A stretch of DNA of 64,000 nt from Tubulanus polymorphus (GCF_964204645.1 NC_134028.1:14453653-14517652), one strand, 5' to 3'; counted from the first letter of the stretch, positions 12,820 to 25,672 are shown. The notes: generated from the letters alone by a model not told the origin. Numbers and translations: made by a program.

Positions 12820-13047
12820 ATGGAAGCAAATAAGTACTACTGTCCAACATGTAATATCAATATAGATAAATCCCAAAAAGCAAGACACAATAAAACTAAA
12901 ACACATTTAGAGAATAAATTGAAACTAGAATATTTACAGTTATATTCAGAACAGTTAACAAAGGCAAAGAAATTTATTGAATTATGGAATAATGATCCAA
13001 ATAATGAACAATACGTTGAGGAATTTGATATCAAGGATATGATTTAG
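12820..13047 (+). CDS. Small chimeric ORF: TIR-encoded C2H2 zinc finger fused to HNH-like C-terminal tail
   Basis: First 38 codons identical to PolB N-terminus (MEANKYYCPTC...H...H..EY); tail ELWNNDPNNEQYVEEFDIKD matches the end of HNH ORF 32251-32925. Confidence 0.6.
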   Translation: MEANKYYCPTCNINIDKSQKARHNKTKTHLENKLKLEYLQLYSEQLTKAKKFIELWNNDPNNEQYVEEFDIKDMI

Positions 13048-13296
13048 ATATTTCATGTCGGTTGTTTCTATTTACATAATTATATATTCATTATGTAAAT
13101 AAAATTATGATTAACGCATGCGCATTAAGCAAAAGCGCGCCTGAATGCGCGGTTTTACCCAGTGGTATGATTTAGATATAAAGGAATCGAAACGACTTAT
13201 CAAAAGCAGCGAGGAATGAAAAAGGATGACGTTGGTCGAAGAAATGGAAGAGGATTCTAAAATATTAACCAATTTAGTAAAAAATATGCATAATAA

Positions 13297-13950
13297 ATGG
13301 AATCAGAACAACCACAAACTATCAATATTACAAATAACACTGGTGTTATAAATATATACTACAAGAAGTGTTCTAAGTGTGAATTAGATAAATTAGCTTT
13401 AACAGAATTTAGTAAGCGTAAGATTAGCAAAGATGGTTTTCAATATTGCAGTAAAACTTGTTTTAAACTATATACCAAACAATATAGAGAAGATAATAGA
13501 GAAGCTTATAATGATTATATGACAGAATATATGAGAGAAAGATATCAAACAGATCTTAATTTTAGATTGAAACAATGTTTAAGGACTAGATTAACACAAT
13601 TATTCAACAAAGAAACGCATTCAGAAACACTATCTAATCTATTGGGTTGTTCAGATGAATTTTTCAAATCATGGATAATATATCAATTCGATGATAAAAT
13701 GAATATAGATAATTATGGTGAATACTTTCATATTGATCACGTGTTGCCGATTTCTAAATTTGACATGAGTGATGATTATAATAAGAAGCTAATATGGAGC
13801 TGGAAAAATTTAAGACCTTTAGAAAAGAAGGAAAACATAATTAAATCTAACAAACTAGATATGAAATTATATTTAGATCAACTGGATAAAGCAAAGACAT
13901 TTGTTGAATTATGGAATTCAACACATAATGAAAAATACGTTGAATATTAA
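13297..13950 (+). CDS. HNH endonuclease-like protein with N-terminal Cys motif
   Basis: KKCSKC...FS...DG.QY.CKTC N-terminus; HIDHVLP...W.NLRPL...N..KSNK HNH core. Confidence 0.8.
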   Translation: MESEQPQTINITNNTGVINIYYKKCSKCELDKLALTEFSKRKISKDGFQYCSKTCFKLYTKQYREDNREAYNDYMTEYMRERYQTDLNFRLKQCLRTRLTQLFNKETHSETLSNLLGCSDEFFKSWIIYQFDDKMNIDNYGEYFHIDHVLPISKFDMSDDYNKKLIWSWKNLRPLEKKENIIKSNKLDMKLYLDQLDKAKTFVELWNSTHNEKYVEY

Positions 13951-15107
13951 ACGCTTAGAAAACCGGTTACTCTCGATCTATGTCAAACCGCCTGTATGTA
14001 ATTATATTAGGTTGTTTACAAAAACATCTGTGCCGCATTTCATATTCAGTTGAATAGGGCGCACCTCATTTGAATATTGATCGAACGTGCTATTTCAGTT
14101 GAAAAGGATTAATCAATTATATTACAAAAGAAGGAACATCTGTTGCACCAGACGGTGTTTAGCTAGTGAATAACTGGCAGTTATAAACGCGCAGCACATA
14201 AGCATAGGAACGTATAGGATATTCTCTCTATAAACACAATTTTAGGAGTTCACAGTTATAAATGTAAGTACTGTTTTTGTTGTTATTAAGGCGTTGGGAA
14301 ACGTTAAACATGTAAAACTTATCCTGGTAAGATGCGCCACAAATGGTCATGTTTAAGTGTTGTAATTAATATTTTACAACTACAACTTCAAGTTAGTTAT
14401 ATTCTACGCTAGATATTTATCTTTTAGATAACAAAATGAAGACCATTGAATCAAGAAAGTGAAGATAGATGGATGTGGAATCAGAAATTATGGATATTTC
14501 AACTCATGAGACTGTAGCAGTTTAGCCATACTGTATAGGCTTTCAATGCATTACGTTTGTCGGAATGTCAATTGCGTCATTAAGCTGTTGTTAATGTCAC
14601 ACAGTGACAGATGTTGTATTGTACTTTATTGATTCCTGCATTCCACGCATAACTTAACGCTCCTCTCAGGAGCGGCTTGGAATGTGGAAATCGATAATGA
14701 TTGTAGAATAAAATATATATGTGTTTATGAAATAGTATTTCCACCAGTCGTTTCTTTGAATTTATTTTCAGTTTTAGGATTTATTATCAAGAATCCGAAA
14801 TGACTTATCTGGACAGTTATAATTACTGCTCCTATAGATAAACAATAGTAGTGAGATAATCTAAATCCTAATTTAAATAAAATATAATAAAAAAACAATA
14901 ACTTCATCTAGCTAGTGAATTCTATTATATTTTTAATACTTTCTTTTCAAAAAGAGAATACTTTATATTTTGAATAGATTCAAATAGAAATTCTTTAAGT
15001 TCAAATAGCTAGTATCAGTAGTCAATACTAGAATTCTTTAACTTTAACTATCTAGTATCATTTTATAATACTTATAATATTTTTCTTATTGAATTTCTCT
15101 AATATAA

Positions 15108-15715
15108 ATGTCAAAGAAATCTAATAAGAATAGTATTGATATTGAAAAAACATTAGATGATTTGGGTATAAATGATAATAAAGATACAGTTGTTTCTAAT
15201 TCTTTTCAAGTTAATAACAATATAGATTATGAATACTATTTATATTGTAAGCATCATATAGAACTATTGATTGCCGGTGGAAAAACTAAGGAGTTTTAAA
15301 ATAGAATCATTACTTTTCAAGAACTAGACTCTATGAAACCAGATAAAGTAATAAAATATTTTAAGATTTATGAAGAAGCTAGATTAGCTAGAATAAATGA
15401 TTCTATTTCAGATGGTATTGTCAAATGTTATTCTAAGTTATGTCCCAGTTAATACCAATTGATGACGAAAATAAATTATATAGTGATTTGAAAAATGACT
15501 ATTTAGTTATGACTGAATTACAAAAATGGGTTGGATATGCTTCATTTCAATTAGGATCGGTTATGACATTAATTTCTACTGGTGTCATAACATTTTCGAA
15601 TATCAAACCTATGGAATATAAATCAGGTAAGAACGAAACAGATGACGCTGTACTACAACCAAACGTCGAAACAGAAAATGAATCAGAACAAAAATTAACT
15701 AAGATAAATGAGTGA
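15108..15715 (+). pseudogene. Conserved hypothetical Polinton protein (~200 aa), frameshifted
   Basis: Homologous to 31368-31970 and 49965-50567. Confidence 0.7.
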
Positions 15716-16077
15716 TGGAGTTAAGAAAAAAGGCTAGATCTGAAAAACAAATTAAATGGGCAAGAGAATTAGGTAAAAGATCTTCAGAATTATAACAAGC
15801 TAAGAAAAAGAAATTAACTGTTATAAATGAATCACAGACTTTATCTGATATTGATTCAAATAACAATCCATCTAATTCTTCAAATGCTGGAAGTAATTAT
15901 AAATTATATATTACAATTGGATTAGTAACAGTTATTATATTATCTGGTGTAATATATAAATCAAAATTCAAATCTGATTATAACAATAATGATTCCAATG
16001 ACAATAAACCTATCATACCAAATAAGTCAAATCATAAAGTCATTGAAACTAAATCTAAATTATTATTAATGGATTAA
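15708..16077 (+). pseudogene. Basic N-terminus single-TM protein (MSDGVKKKARSEKQ...), frameshifted
   Basis: Homologous to intact 31004-31375 and 50560-50931. Confidence 0.7.
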
Positions 16078-16083
16078 AATAAG

Positions 16084-17175
16084 ATGAAAAAAGAACAATA
16101 TTTAAGAGATTTATATTATAACCCAGAAAGTGAAGTATCATATTCTAACGTTTCAGAATTATGGAATAAAATTAAATCTGATAATGAAAATGGTGATATA
16201 AAATATAGTGAATTAAAATCATGGTTACAAAATCAACCAACATATCAAATCCACAAGAAAATGGATAAAACTTATTTAACAAGAAAAGTTATGGTTTCAT
16301 ATATCGATCAACAATGGCAAGCAGATTTAATTGACATGAAGAACTTAGAAGAACACAACAAAGGATATTTCTGGATGCTGAATGTTATAGACATATTCAG
16401 TAGATACGCATGGTCAATTCCAATCAAAAATTAAACTGGTAAAGAAGTAACAAATGCTTTTAAATCAATATTTAAAGAAGCTATTCCAGATAAGATACAA
16501 TTTGATGAAGGTAAGGAATTCTATAACAAACATTTTAAAAAACTATTATCTGATAACGATGTAGAATATTTTTCAACACACTCAGATAAAAAAGCATCTA
16601 TTATAGAAAGATTTAATAAAACATTGAAATCTAGAATGTGGAAATATTTTACTGCTAATGAAACATACAAATATATCGATGTGTTAGATGATTTAGTGAA
16701 AGGTTATAATAATTCTAAACATAGTTCTATAAATATGAAACCAATACAAGCTAGAAAAGAAGATAATTCAGAAATAGTATGGAATAATTTATATGGAGCG
16801 TTTGTTACACATGATTTTGGAGAACCTAAATTTAAAATAGGACAACACGTAAGAATATCTAAATATAGAAAAACATTTTATAAAGGTTATACCCCTAATT
16901 TTACAGAAGAAATATTTAAAATTAAAAAGATAATATTAACTTAACCTTTTCTTTATAAACTAGAAGATCTAAAAGATGAAGAAATATTAGATTATTTCTA
17001 TGAACAAGAATTATCACTTGTGCCAAATCCAGAAGAAATAGAATATAAAATAGAAAAAGTATTGAAAACAAAAACTCTTAAAGGAAAAAAGTATTCTTTG
17101 GTGAAATATAAAGGATATGATGATAAATTTAATGAATGGATTTTATCTAGTAAAATTAAAAGAATAAATGAATAA
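16084..17175 (+). pseudogene. int: Retroviral-like (rve) integrase with C-terminal chromodomain; in-frame stops
   Basis: QQWQADLIDM, IQFDEGKEF, KASIIERFNKTLK (DDE); YKIEKVL...YSLVKYKGYDDKFNEWI chromodomain. Confidence 0.93.
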
Positions 17176-17774
17176 ATGAATAAAGATTTATTTATATTTG
17201 AACCGCATAATATGTTAGTTACTGGAGTAACCAATTGTGGTAAAACACATTTCATATTAGATTTGTTAGAAACTATTTATAAGAATCATATTGATAATAT
17301 AATATTATTCTGCCCTACTTATGAAATGAATAAAACATATGATAGGGATATAGTTAAGATGAAAAAGTTTATTATATTAAATCCTAAAACAATAAAAGAA
17401 AATTTAGATAATTGTATAAAAATAGCATTTACATGAATACATTATTCATTGTAGATGATTGCGCAAATTTACATGATTCAAAAGTGAGAGAAAGTGAGTT
17501 ATGTTATCTAGCTTTCTCTGGAAGACATTTCGGGATAACAACATGGGTTTTAAATCAAAAATATAATTCAATTGTTAAAGACTTTAGGGAGAATATAAGA
17601 TTTCTAGTTTTATTTTATAACAAAGATAAAAAATCTATGCAACAATCATTGGAAGAAAATCAAATTATACCTACTGAATTACATGATGAATATATGAATA
17701 AATTAAAGAATAATAAAGGTTCAAAATGATTACTGAGACTACAATTTCCCTATGAATATAAGTTTATAAAATAA
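17176..17774 (+). pseudogene. A32/FtsK-like packaging ATPase, internal deletion
   Basis: Walker A GVTNCGKT, Walker B IVDD, SGRHFGIT..LNQ. Confidence 0.9.
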
Positions 17775-17789
17775 CTATTTATATATCTA

Positions 17790-18350
17790 TCTATATAATA
17801 CGTATTAAATACGTATTAGATACGTATTAAATACATTAATACTTAAAACCCCATTTTTAAAATAATATATTATTCATATAATTTTCAACCAATTTATTTT
17901 TATTTTTTTCAACTAATATATGAATAAGTTTAAAGAATAATAAAGGTTCAAAATTATTACTGAGACTACAATTTCCCTATGAATATAAGTTTATAAAATA
18001 ACTATTTATATATCTATCTATCTAATACGTATTAAATACGTATTAAATACATTAATACTTAAAACCCCATTTTTAAAATAATATATTATTCATATAATTT
18101 TCAACCAATTTATTTTTATTTTTTTCAACTAATATATGAATAAGTTTGAAAATAATAAAGGTTATTTATTATTACTGAGGTTTCAATATAAATTTAAAAA
18201 AGAAATATAATTTAATGTATTTTCAAATAATATGTATTAAATACATATTAGATACGTATTAGATATGTATTAGATATGTATTAAATACGTATTAGATACC
18301 TTAATACTTAAAACCCCCTTTTTTATTTACTATTATTTTTTACAATTTTC
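17790..18350. terminator. Convergent intergenic zone with 11-bp TAATACGTATTA-type repeats; local ~225 bp duplication
   Basis: Lies between converging + and - gene blocks; equivalent zones at 20372-20740 and 29155-29282; terminator role inferred. Confidence 0.4.
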
Positions 18351-18358
18351 AACCTTTA

Positions 18359-19228
18359 TTACTTTTTGAGTGTTAGATAATCACTTTCTGAATCACTTTC
18401 ACTATCAGACCCTAACAATTTATTCAAATGCTCTACCGTATCTTCATAAATAATTGGTTTATTGATATACTTATTAGTCGTCTCAACTATATCTTTATTT
18501 TCTGATTTAAGTTTCATAGAATCTTTATTATCAATGCGCTTTCCTGTATTTTCATTATTATCTTTATTAGTGTTTGCTCCTAATATTTCATTTACAATGT
18601 TTGATTCTAATTTAATAGCATCGGTTAAATCTAATTCATCTTTATTAGGCGTTGCTAATAATAAATCTTTATATAATTCTTTACCATTTACTTTTTGATT
18701 TGAAACAAACTTTGTAACATATCTAAATGGGTGTTCTATAAATTCTCTTAAACCAACACGTTTTAAAACATTAGTAATATGTGAATTTGTATTCATATGA
18801 TTATTCCAATTTGATGGAGCGTTTGAAAATTCACCTTTACAATAATCACAATAATTTCTATTTTCACTAACATTTAATATTATTGCATTATTAGATGTAG
18901 AAGGTATTACATTATTAGATGTAGAAGGTATTGCATTATTAGATGTAGAAGGTATTACATTATTAGATCTAGAAGGTATTACATTATTAGATGTAGAAGG
19001 TATTACATTATTAGATATAGAAGGTATTACATTATTATCAATTACATTACTTAAATTATCAACAACTTCACTTTTATTATTATCGATTTCTATTAGTTTA
19101 GTTTTATAAATTTTGAAAAAAGGATCAAATATCAAAGCTATATTACAAGGTATTACATAATATAAACCATCATTATTTCCATGTGTATCGATGTATGGAA
19201 TATGTTTATATACTTTACCTCCTTCCAT
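18359..19228 (-). CDS. Hypothetical protein with (PSTSNNVI)n repeats and C2H2 zinc finger
   Basis: 24-bp tandem repeat ~18885-19050; CDYC...NWNNHMNTNSH. Confidence 0.75.
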   Translation of the reverse strand: MEGGKVYKHIPYIDTHGNNDGLYYVIPCNIALIFDPFFKIYKTKLIEIDNNKSEVVDNLSNVIDNNVIPSISNNVIPSTSNNVIPSRSNNVIPSTSNNAIPSTSNNVIPSTSNNAIILNVSENRNYCDYCKGEFSNAPSNWNNHMNTNSHITNVLKRVGLREFIEHPFRYVTKFVSNQKVNGKELYKDLLLATPNKDELDLTDAIKLESNIVNEILGANTNKDNNENTGKRIDNKDSMKLKSENKDIVETTNKYINKPIIYEDTVEHLNKLLGSDSESDSESDYLTLKK

Positions 19229-19260
19229 TTATTATATAAATTTTTATTAAAGTTAAAATT

Positions 19261-19535
19261 TTAATACATAACACTATTCAATTGAGAATTTACAATATTT
19301 AATTGCGCGTCAGATATAATATAAATGTGCATTTTGAAATTTTTGATTCCTTTATTCTTTGTCATGAATAATTGTATTCCATCTTTAGTGTTTTGTAATT
19401 TTTCTTCCAGAGCCATGTAATGAATTATCCTCTGTTGTTCTAAAATCTAACCATAATGCATATTTATTACCGGTATAATAATCAATTTGATCAATATTAC
19501 AATTTTCAGATGATTTTACTTTTTCATTCATAAAA
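19261..19535 (-). pseudogene. Major capsid protein 3' fragment (duplicated segment)
   Basis: Near-identical to 35039-35312. Confidence 0.8.
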
Positions 19536-19759
19536 ATAATATTTATGACTTTACATGTTTATAGCACAAAATATAAGTCTATGGTTAGATTTTAGAACAA
19601 CAGAGGATAATTCATTACATGGCTCTGGAATAGAATACAAAATAGAAAAAGTATTGAAAACAAAAACTCTTAAAGGAAAAAAGTATTCTTTGGTGAAATA
19701 TAAAGGATATGATGATAAATTTAATGAATGGATTTTATCTAGTAAAATTAAAAGAATAA

Positions 19760-20371
19760 ATGAATAAAGATTTATTTATATTTGAACCGCATAATATGTT
19801 AATAACTGGAGTAACCAATTGTGGTAAAACACATTTCATATTAGATTTGTTAGAAACTATTTATAAGAATCATTTTGATAATATAATATTATTCTGTCCT
19901 ACTTATGAAATGAATAAAACATATAATAGAGATATGGTTAAGATGAAAAAGTTTATTATATTAAATCCTAAAACAGTAAAAGAAAATTTAGATAATTGTA
20001 TAAAAATAGCAATTGATACTTATAAAGGATCAAATACATTATGCATTGTAGATGATTGCGCAAATTTACATGATTCAAAAGTTAGAGAAAGTGAGTTATG
20101 TTATCTAGCTTTCTCTGGGAGACATTTTGGGATAACAACATGGGTTTTAAATCAAAAATATAATTCAATTGTTAAAGACTTTAGGGAGAATATAAGATTT
20201 CTAGTTTTATTTTATAATAAAGATAGAAAATCTATGCAACAATCATTGGAAGAAAATCAAATTATACCTACTGAATTACATGATGAATATATGAATAAAT
20301 TAAAGAATAATAAAGGTTCAAAATTATTACTGAGATTACAATTTCCATATGAATATAAATTTATAAAATAA
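19760..20371 (+). CDS. A32/FtsK-like packaging ATPase, intact second copy
   Basis: GVTNCGKT, CIVDD, SGRH; preceded by chromodomain-coding end of integrase (19631-19767). Confidence 0.9.
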   Translation: MNKDLFIFEPHNMLITGVTNCGKTHFILDLLETIYKNHFDNIILFCPTYEMNKTYNRDMVKMKKFIILNPKTVKENLDNCIKIAIDTYKGSNTLCIVDDCANLHDSKVRESELCYLAFSGRHFGITTWVLNQKYNSIVKDFRENIRFLVLFYNKDRKSMQQSLEENQIIPTELHDEYMNKLKNNKGSKLLLRLQFPYEYKFIK

Positions 20372-20743
20372 CTATTTGTATACCTATGTATTAGATATCC
20401 TATTAGATACCCTAATACCTAATACCCCACTAGATACCCTAATACCTGATACCCTAATACCTGATACCCTATTAGATACCTTAAATACTTAAAACCCCCT
20501 TTTTTAAAATAAATATTATTTATACAATTTTCAACCAATTTATTTTCATTTTTTCAACTAATATATGAATAAGTTTGAAAATAATAAAGGTTATTTATTA
20601 TTACTGAGGTTTCAATATAAATTTAAAAAGAAATATAATTTAAGGTATTTTCAAATAATATGTATTAGATATGTATTAGATACCTTAAATACTTAAAACC
20701 CCCTTTTTTATTTACTATTATTTTATACAATTTTCAACCTGTA

Positions 20744-21458
20744 TTACTTCTTGAGTGTTAGATAATTACTTTCTGAATCACTTTCATCATCACTCTCCAA
20801 TTCACTATCATACCCCATCAATTTTTTCAAATTCTCTACCGAATTTTCTTCTTTAAATTCTTTATTATTTTTGTACTTATTCTTCACCCTTTTTACTGTA
20901 TCTTCATAAATAATTGGTTTATTGATATACTTATTAGTCATCTCAACTATATCTTTATTTTCTGATTTAAGTTTCATAGAATCTTTATTATCAATGCGCT
21001 TTCCTGTATTTTCATTATTATCTTTATTAGTGTTTGCTCCTAATATTTCATTTACAGTGTTTGATCCTAATATTTCATTAGCATCAGTTAAATCTAATTC
21101 ATCTTTATTGGGTGTTGCTAATAAAAAATCTTCATATAATTCTTTACCATTTACTTTTTTATTTGAAACAAATTTGGTAACATATCTAAATGGGTGTTCT
21201 ATAAATTCTCTTAAACCAACACGTTCTATTACATTAGTAATATGTGAATTTGTATTCATATGTTTATTCCAATTTGATGGAGCGTTTGAAAATTCACCTT
21301 TACAATAATCACAATAATTTCTATTTTCACTTACATTTAATATTATTGCATTATTATATGTAGAAGGTATTACATTATTTGATGTAGAGGGTATTACATT
21401 ATTAGATGTAGTAGGTATTACATTATTAGATGTAGTAGGTATTACATTATTAGATGTA
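20744..21458 (-). pseudogene. 3' part of repeat/zinc-finger gene split by E3 insertion
   Basis: Homologous to 18359-19228; 5' part resumes at 34813-35006. Confidence 0.85.
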
Positions 21459-21862
21459 AGTAATAGGGGTAATGGGCTTTCAGGCCAAAGGTCGAACGGT
21501 CGAGCTCATTAAAAAACAAAACATTAAAAGTAATTAAAAACTATAATATATTTTCAAAACCGTGTGCATTTTATATTAAAACTAATTATTTATTCTAAGA
21601 TATCAATAATCTAAAAAGCATATTGTATTAAATCAATTGGTCGCTCCACTTCGCTACCGCTCCGCTCCGCGACCAATTGATTTATTTACAATACACAAAT
21701 TCATATAATCAAATATATTTTAATAATAATAATTATTCTATTATTCAACTGAAATACACACGGTTATGAAAATATATTATAGTTTTAAATTACTTTTAAT
21801 ATTTGTTATTAATGAACTCGACCATTCAACCTTTAACTTGAAAGCCCATTACCCCTATTACT
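21459..21862. repeat. Terminal palindrome of E3 (404 bp, type B)
   Basis: AGTAATAGGGGTAATGGGCTTTCA ... TGAAAGCCCATTACCCCTATTACT; apical stem AATCAATTGGTCGC/GCGACCAATTGATT. Confidence 0.95.
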
Positions 21863-21942
21863 CTTAAAATATTCATATAAATGAATAACATTTAAATCAT
21901 TGAACTTCTAAAATCAATTTTAATAAAAAATTTAGTATTAAA

Positions 21943-24900
21943 ATGGAAGCAAATAAGTACTACTGTCCAACATGTAATATCAATATAGATAAATCCCAAA
22001 AAGCAAGACACAATAAAACTAAAACACATTCAGAGAATAAATTGAAAATAGAATATAAAGATGATATATTAGAAACTAAATTAGAAGAATTAAAGAATGA
22101 AAAAGAAACATACACATGTGATACATGTAATCAATCATTCAGTGATAAAAGATATTATAAAGAACATTAAAAATCTAAAAGTCATATAAGAAATAAGAAT
22201 AATGATATTTTAGGTGAAGATTATTTTGATGAAGATAATGATAAGAAACCGAAGACAATTAAAAGCATAAAAAATAAATTAAACAATAAAAGACCATACA
22301 TGGAAGATGTAAGAAATTATATTAATTCATTAGATAATAAAAAAGATATAGAGATAACCGAAGCATTTAAAAGTGATATTGGCCCAGCAGCTATCGAGTT
22401 TAAATTTCATAAAGGAAAAACATTAGAAGAAAATAAAAAACATTTGGGAAAATATGAAAGAAATAATAAAAATAATAACTGATGTTGAATATCCTAAAAT
22501 TAGTATATCAGTTAAAGTCAAATTCATAAAATCTGAAGATAAACCAATATATAATATAAATTCTCATTCACAACATATTATATCTAAACAACATATAGAT
22601 GATAGATTAGATAAATGTTATAATGAAGTAAAAACTAAAATAGAAGAGAAATATTTTGAAGGATCTGGTTTAATATTTGATGAAATAATATTTATGACTT
22701 TACATGTTTATAACACAAAATATAATAAGTTAACTAAATCAAAACCAATAGATGAAAATAATGTATCATATTATAAAGAACCAGATATTGAAGCATCGAG
22801 TTATATTAAACTACCATTTAAAACTAATGCTGTAATAAATGTACAAAATGAAGATGATAAATGTTTTCTATGGGCTATAATAAGTTGTTTACACCCAGTT
22901 GAAGATTATAATAAACATACTTATAGATTAACAAATTATAAACTATTTGAAAATAATTATAAGATAGATAAGTATCCTGTTATAATTAAAGACATCCCAA
23001 AAATAGAAAGAGATAATAATTTAAGAATAAATGTATTTGATTTAATCAAATTACCAAATACAAAAGGTAACAACATAAAACATTATACATTAGAACCTTT
23101 ATATCTATCAAAAGATTATGATTCAAATGGTGTTATAGATATATTATATTATGAGAATCATTATATGTGGATTAAACAAATAGATTTATTTTTTAAATCA
23201 GAAAATGATCACCATAAAATATATCTTTGTAGAAAATGTTTACATAGATTCAGTAATGAAAGTACATTATTAAATCATAAACAATTATGTGAAAATCATG
23301 AGTTATTGTAAATTAGTTTTACCAAATGAAAAAGATAAAATATTAGAATTCAAAAAATATGATTACAAAAATAAAGTACCATTTGTAATATATGGAGATT
23401 TTGAATCATTAAATAAAGAATTAACTGATCAAGATAAAAAAGAAATATATTATAAAAGAAAGAAATTAAATTCTAATGAAAATGATTTTTCTGAAGAACC
23501 ACCAAAAACAAATACTATTAAAAAGATTCATCAATCAGCTGCAGCTTTCGGGTTATACATTAAATCTGATTACCCAGAACTAATTGAAAGTGAATATTAT
23601 AATTATAGAAATGAAAATGTTATCAATCATTTTTGTGACTTATTAATTGAATATGAAATAAGATTTAGTAAATTATTGAATACATATATAGAAATTATAA
23701 TGACAGAAAAAGATAAAGAAGAATTTGTGTTTGCAGGTAAATGTTATTATTGTGAAAAGATATTTAATTATAAAGATAAAAAAGTAAGAGATCATGACCA
23801 TTTGAATGGTAAATTTAGAGGTGCAGCGCATGAGGCTTGCAATTTACAAGCCAAAAAAGTAAATTTTGTCCCCATTATATTTCACAATTTATCGGGGTAT
23901 GATGCACATTTATTCATCAAACAGTTATGCCATAAAATAGAAGAAATCAATAATGAAATAGAAAGATTAAATTCAAATAGATCAAAAGATAAAATACCAA
24001 CTTATAAATTTAGAATGTTAGCTAAAACATCTGAGAATTATATATCATTCCAATTTGGTTGCCTAAGATTTATAGATTCATATAGATTTTTAAATAGTTC
24101 ATTAGATAACTTATCAAAATCATTAGTTGATGATGAATTAAAGATATTCAAAGAAAATGACCCAAATAATGATGATTTTCAATTAATGAGATATAAAGGA
24201 GCAATTCCATATTCTTTCTATAAAAATCATAATGATTTTAACATAACTGAATTATTAAAAGAACAATTCTATGATGAATTAAAAAATGAATATGTTAAAG
24301 ATGAAGTATATAATAGAACATTGAATATTTGGAATCATTTCAAAATAGAAAATCATGGGCAATTAGTAGATTTATATTTAAAATCAGATGTATTATTATT
24401 AACCGATAAGAAAGAATTCTAGATATTGCAGATGATTCAGATACTGGTTACTTCTTTGTTGTAGACTTAGAATATCCTGAACATATTAAATTTAAATCTA
24501 GAAATCTAGCTTACTGTCCCGAACATAAAACTGTAACTCATGAAGAATTATCAAGTTATCAAAAAAGAATTAAACCCGAAAATCATATTCATACAGAAAA
24601 GTTAATGGTAACTCAAGAAGATAAATATAATTATGTAGTACATTATAGAATGTTAAAGTTTTATCTAAATCAAGGAATGGTTCTAAAAAAAGTACATAGA
24701 TATATTTCATTTAGTCAATCTAAGTGGTTAGAAAAATATATAGATTTTAACACCAAACAGAGAACTAAAGCTAAAACTGATTTCGAGAAAGATTTCTTCA
24801 AGTTAATGAATAATGCATTCTATGGTAAGACTTGTGAAAATATTAGAAATAGAAATGATATTGAGTTAGTTAGTAATGGTAAAAGGATAAGGCATTAACA

Positions 24901-25643
24901 ATCATATCCTAAGTTCATTGGTAACAGAATATTTGATGAAAATTTAGCCGCAGTTAAAATGAGAAGAACTTCTATGAAATTTAATAAACCAATCTATGTT
25001 GGCGCTTCAGTTTTAGAATTATCAAAATTACTAATGTATGAATTCTATTATAATGTATTACAACCACTTTTTGGAGAAAAACATATAGAAATATTATATT
25101 TTGATACCGATTCTTACATATTAAAGATAAAAACTGATAACATAACAGATGATTTAAAAACATTAAAACATCATTTTGATTTTAGTAATTATCCTAAAAA
25201 TCATGAATTGTTTAGCAATGATAATATAAAAGTTCCCGGTAAATTCAAAGATGAATTAGGTGGTGAAGAAATGATTGAATTCATTGGTATTAGATCTAAA
25301 ATGTATTCATATAAAACTAAAGCTCATGAAGCTAAAAAGTTAAAAGGAATAACCAAAAGTGTAGTAGAAAAGAATATTCATTTCAAAGATTATATCAATT
25401 GTATATTCAATGAAGAAGTTAGAAAACATAAGATGAGATGTTTAAGATCTGAAGATCATGAAATGTTTATTGAAGAAATTGAAAAGATAAGTCTAAACCC
25501 ATTTGATGATAAAAGATATATTTTAGATGATGGAATTTGGAATTCATACGGTTGCTTATGGTTGTAATTTAGATGAATACTTAAAATTTAAAAGAGAAGA
25601 AAAAAAAGAGAACGAGATAATGAAAAGAATTCTAACGTGTTAA
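21943..25643 (+). pseudogene. polB: pPolB, fragmented; ~350 bp deletion at ~24409 removes DANNLY motif
   Basis: Same motifs as 1261-5305; YFDTDS present in 24959-25567. Confidence 0.95.
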
Positions 25644-25672
25644 TCAAATTTTAATAAAAATATGTTATTAAA

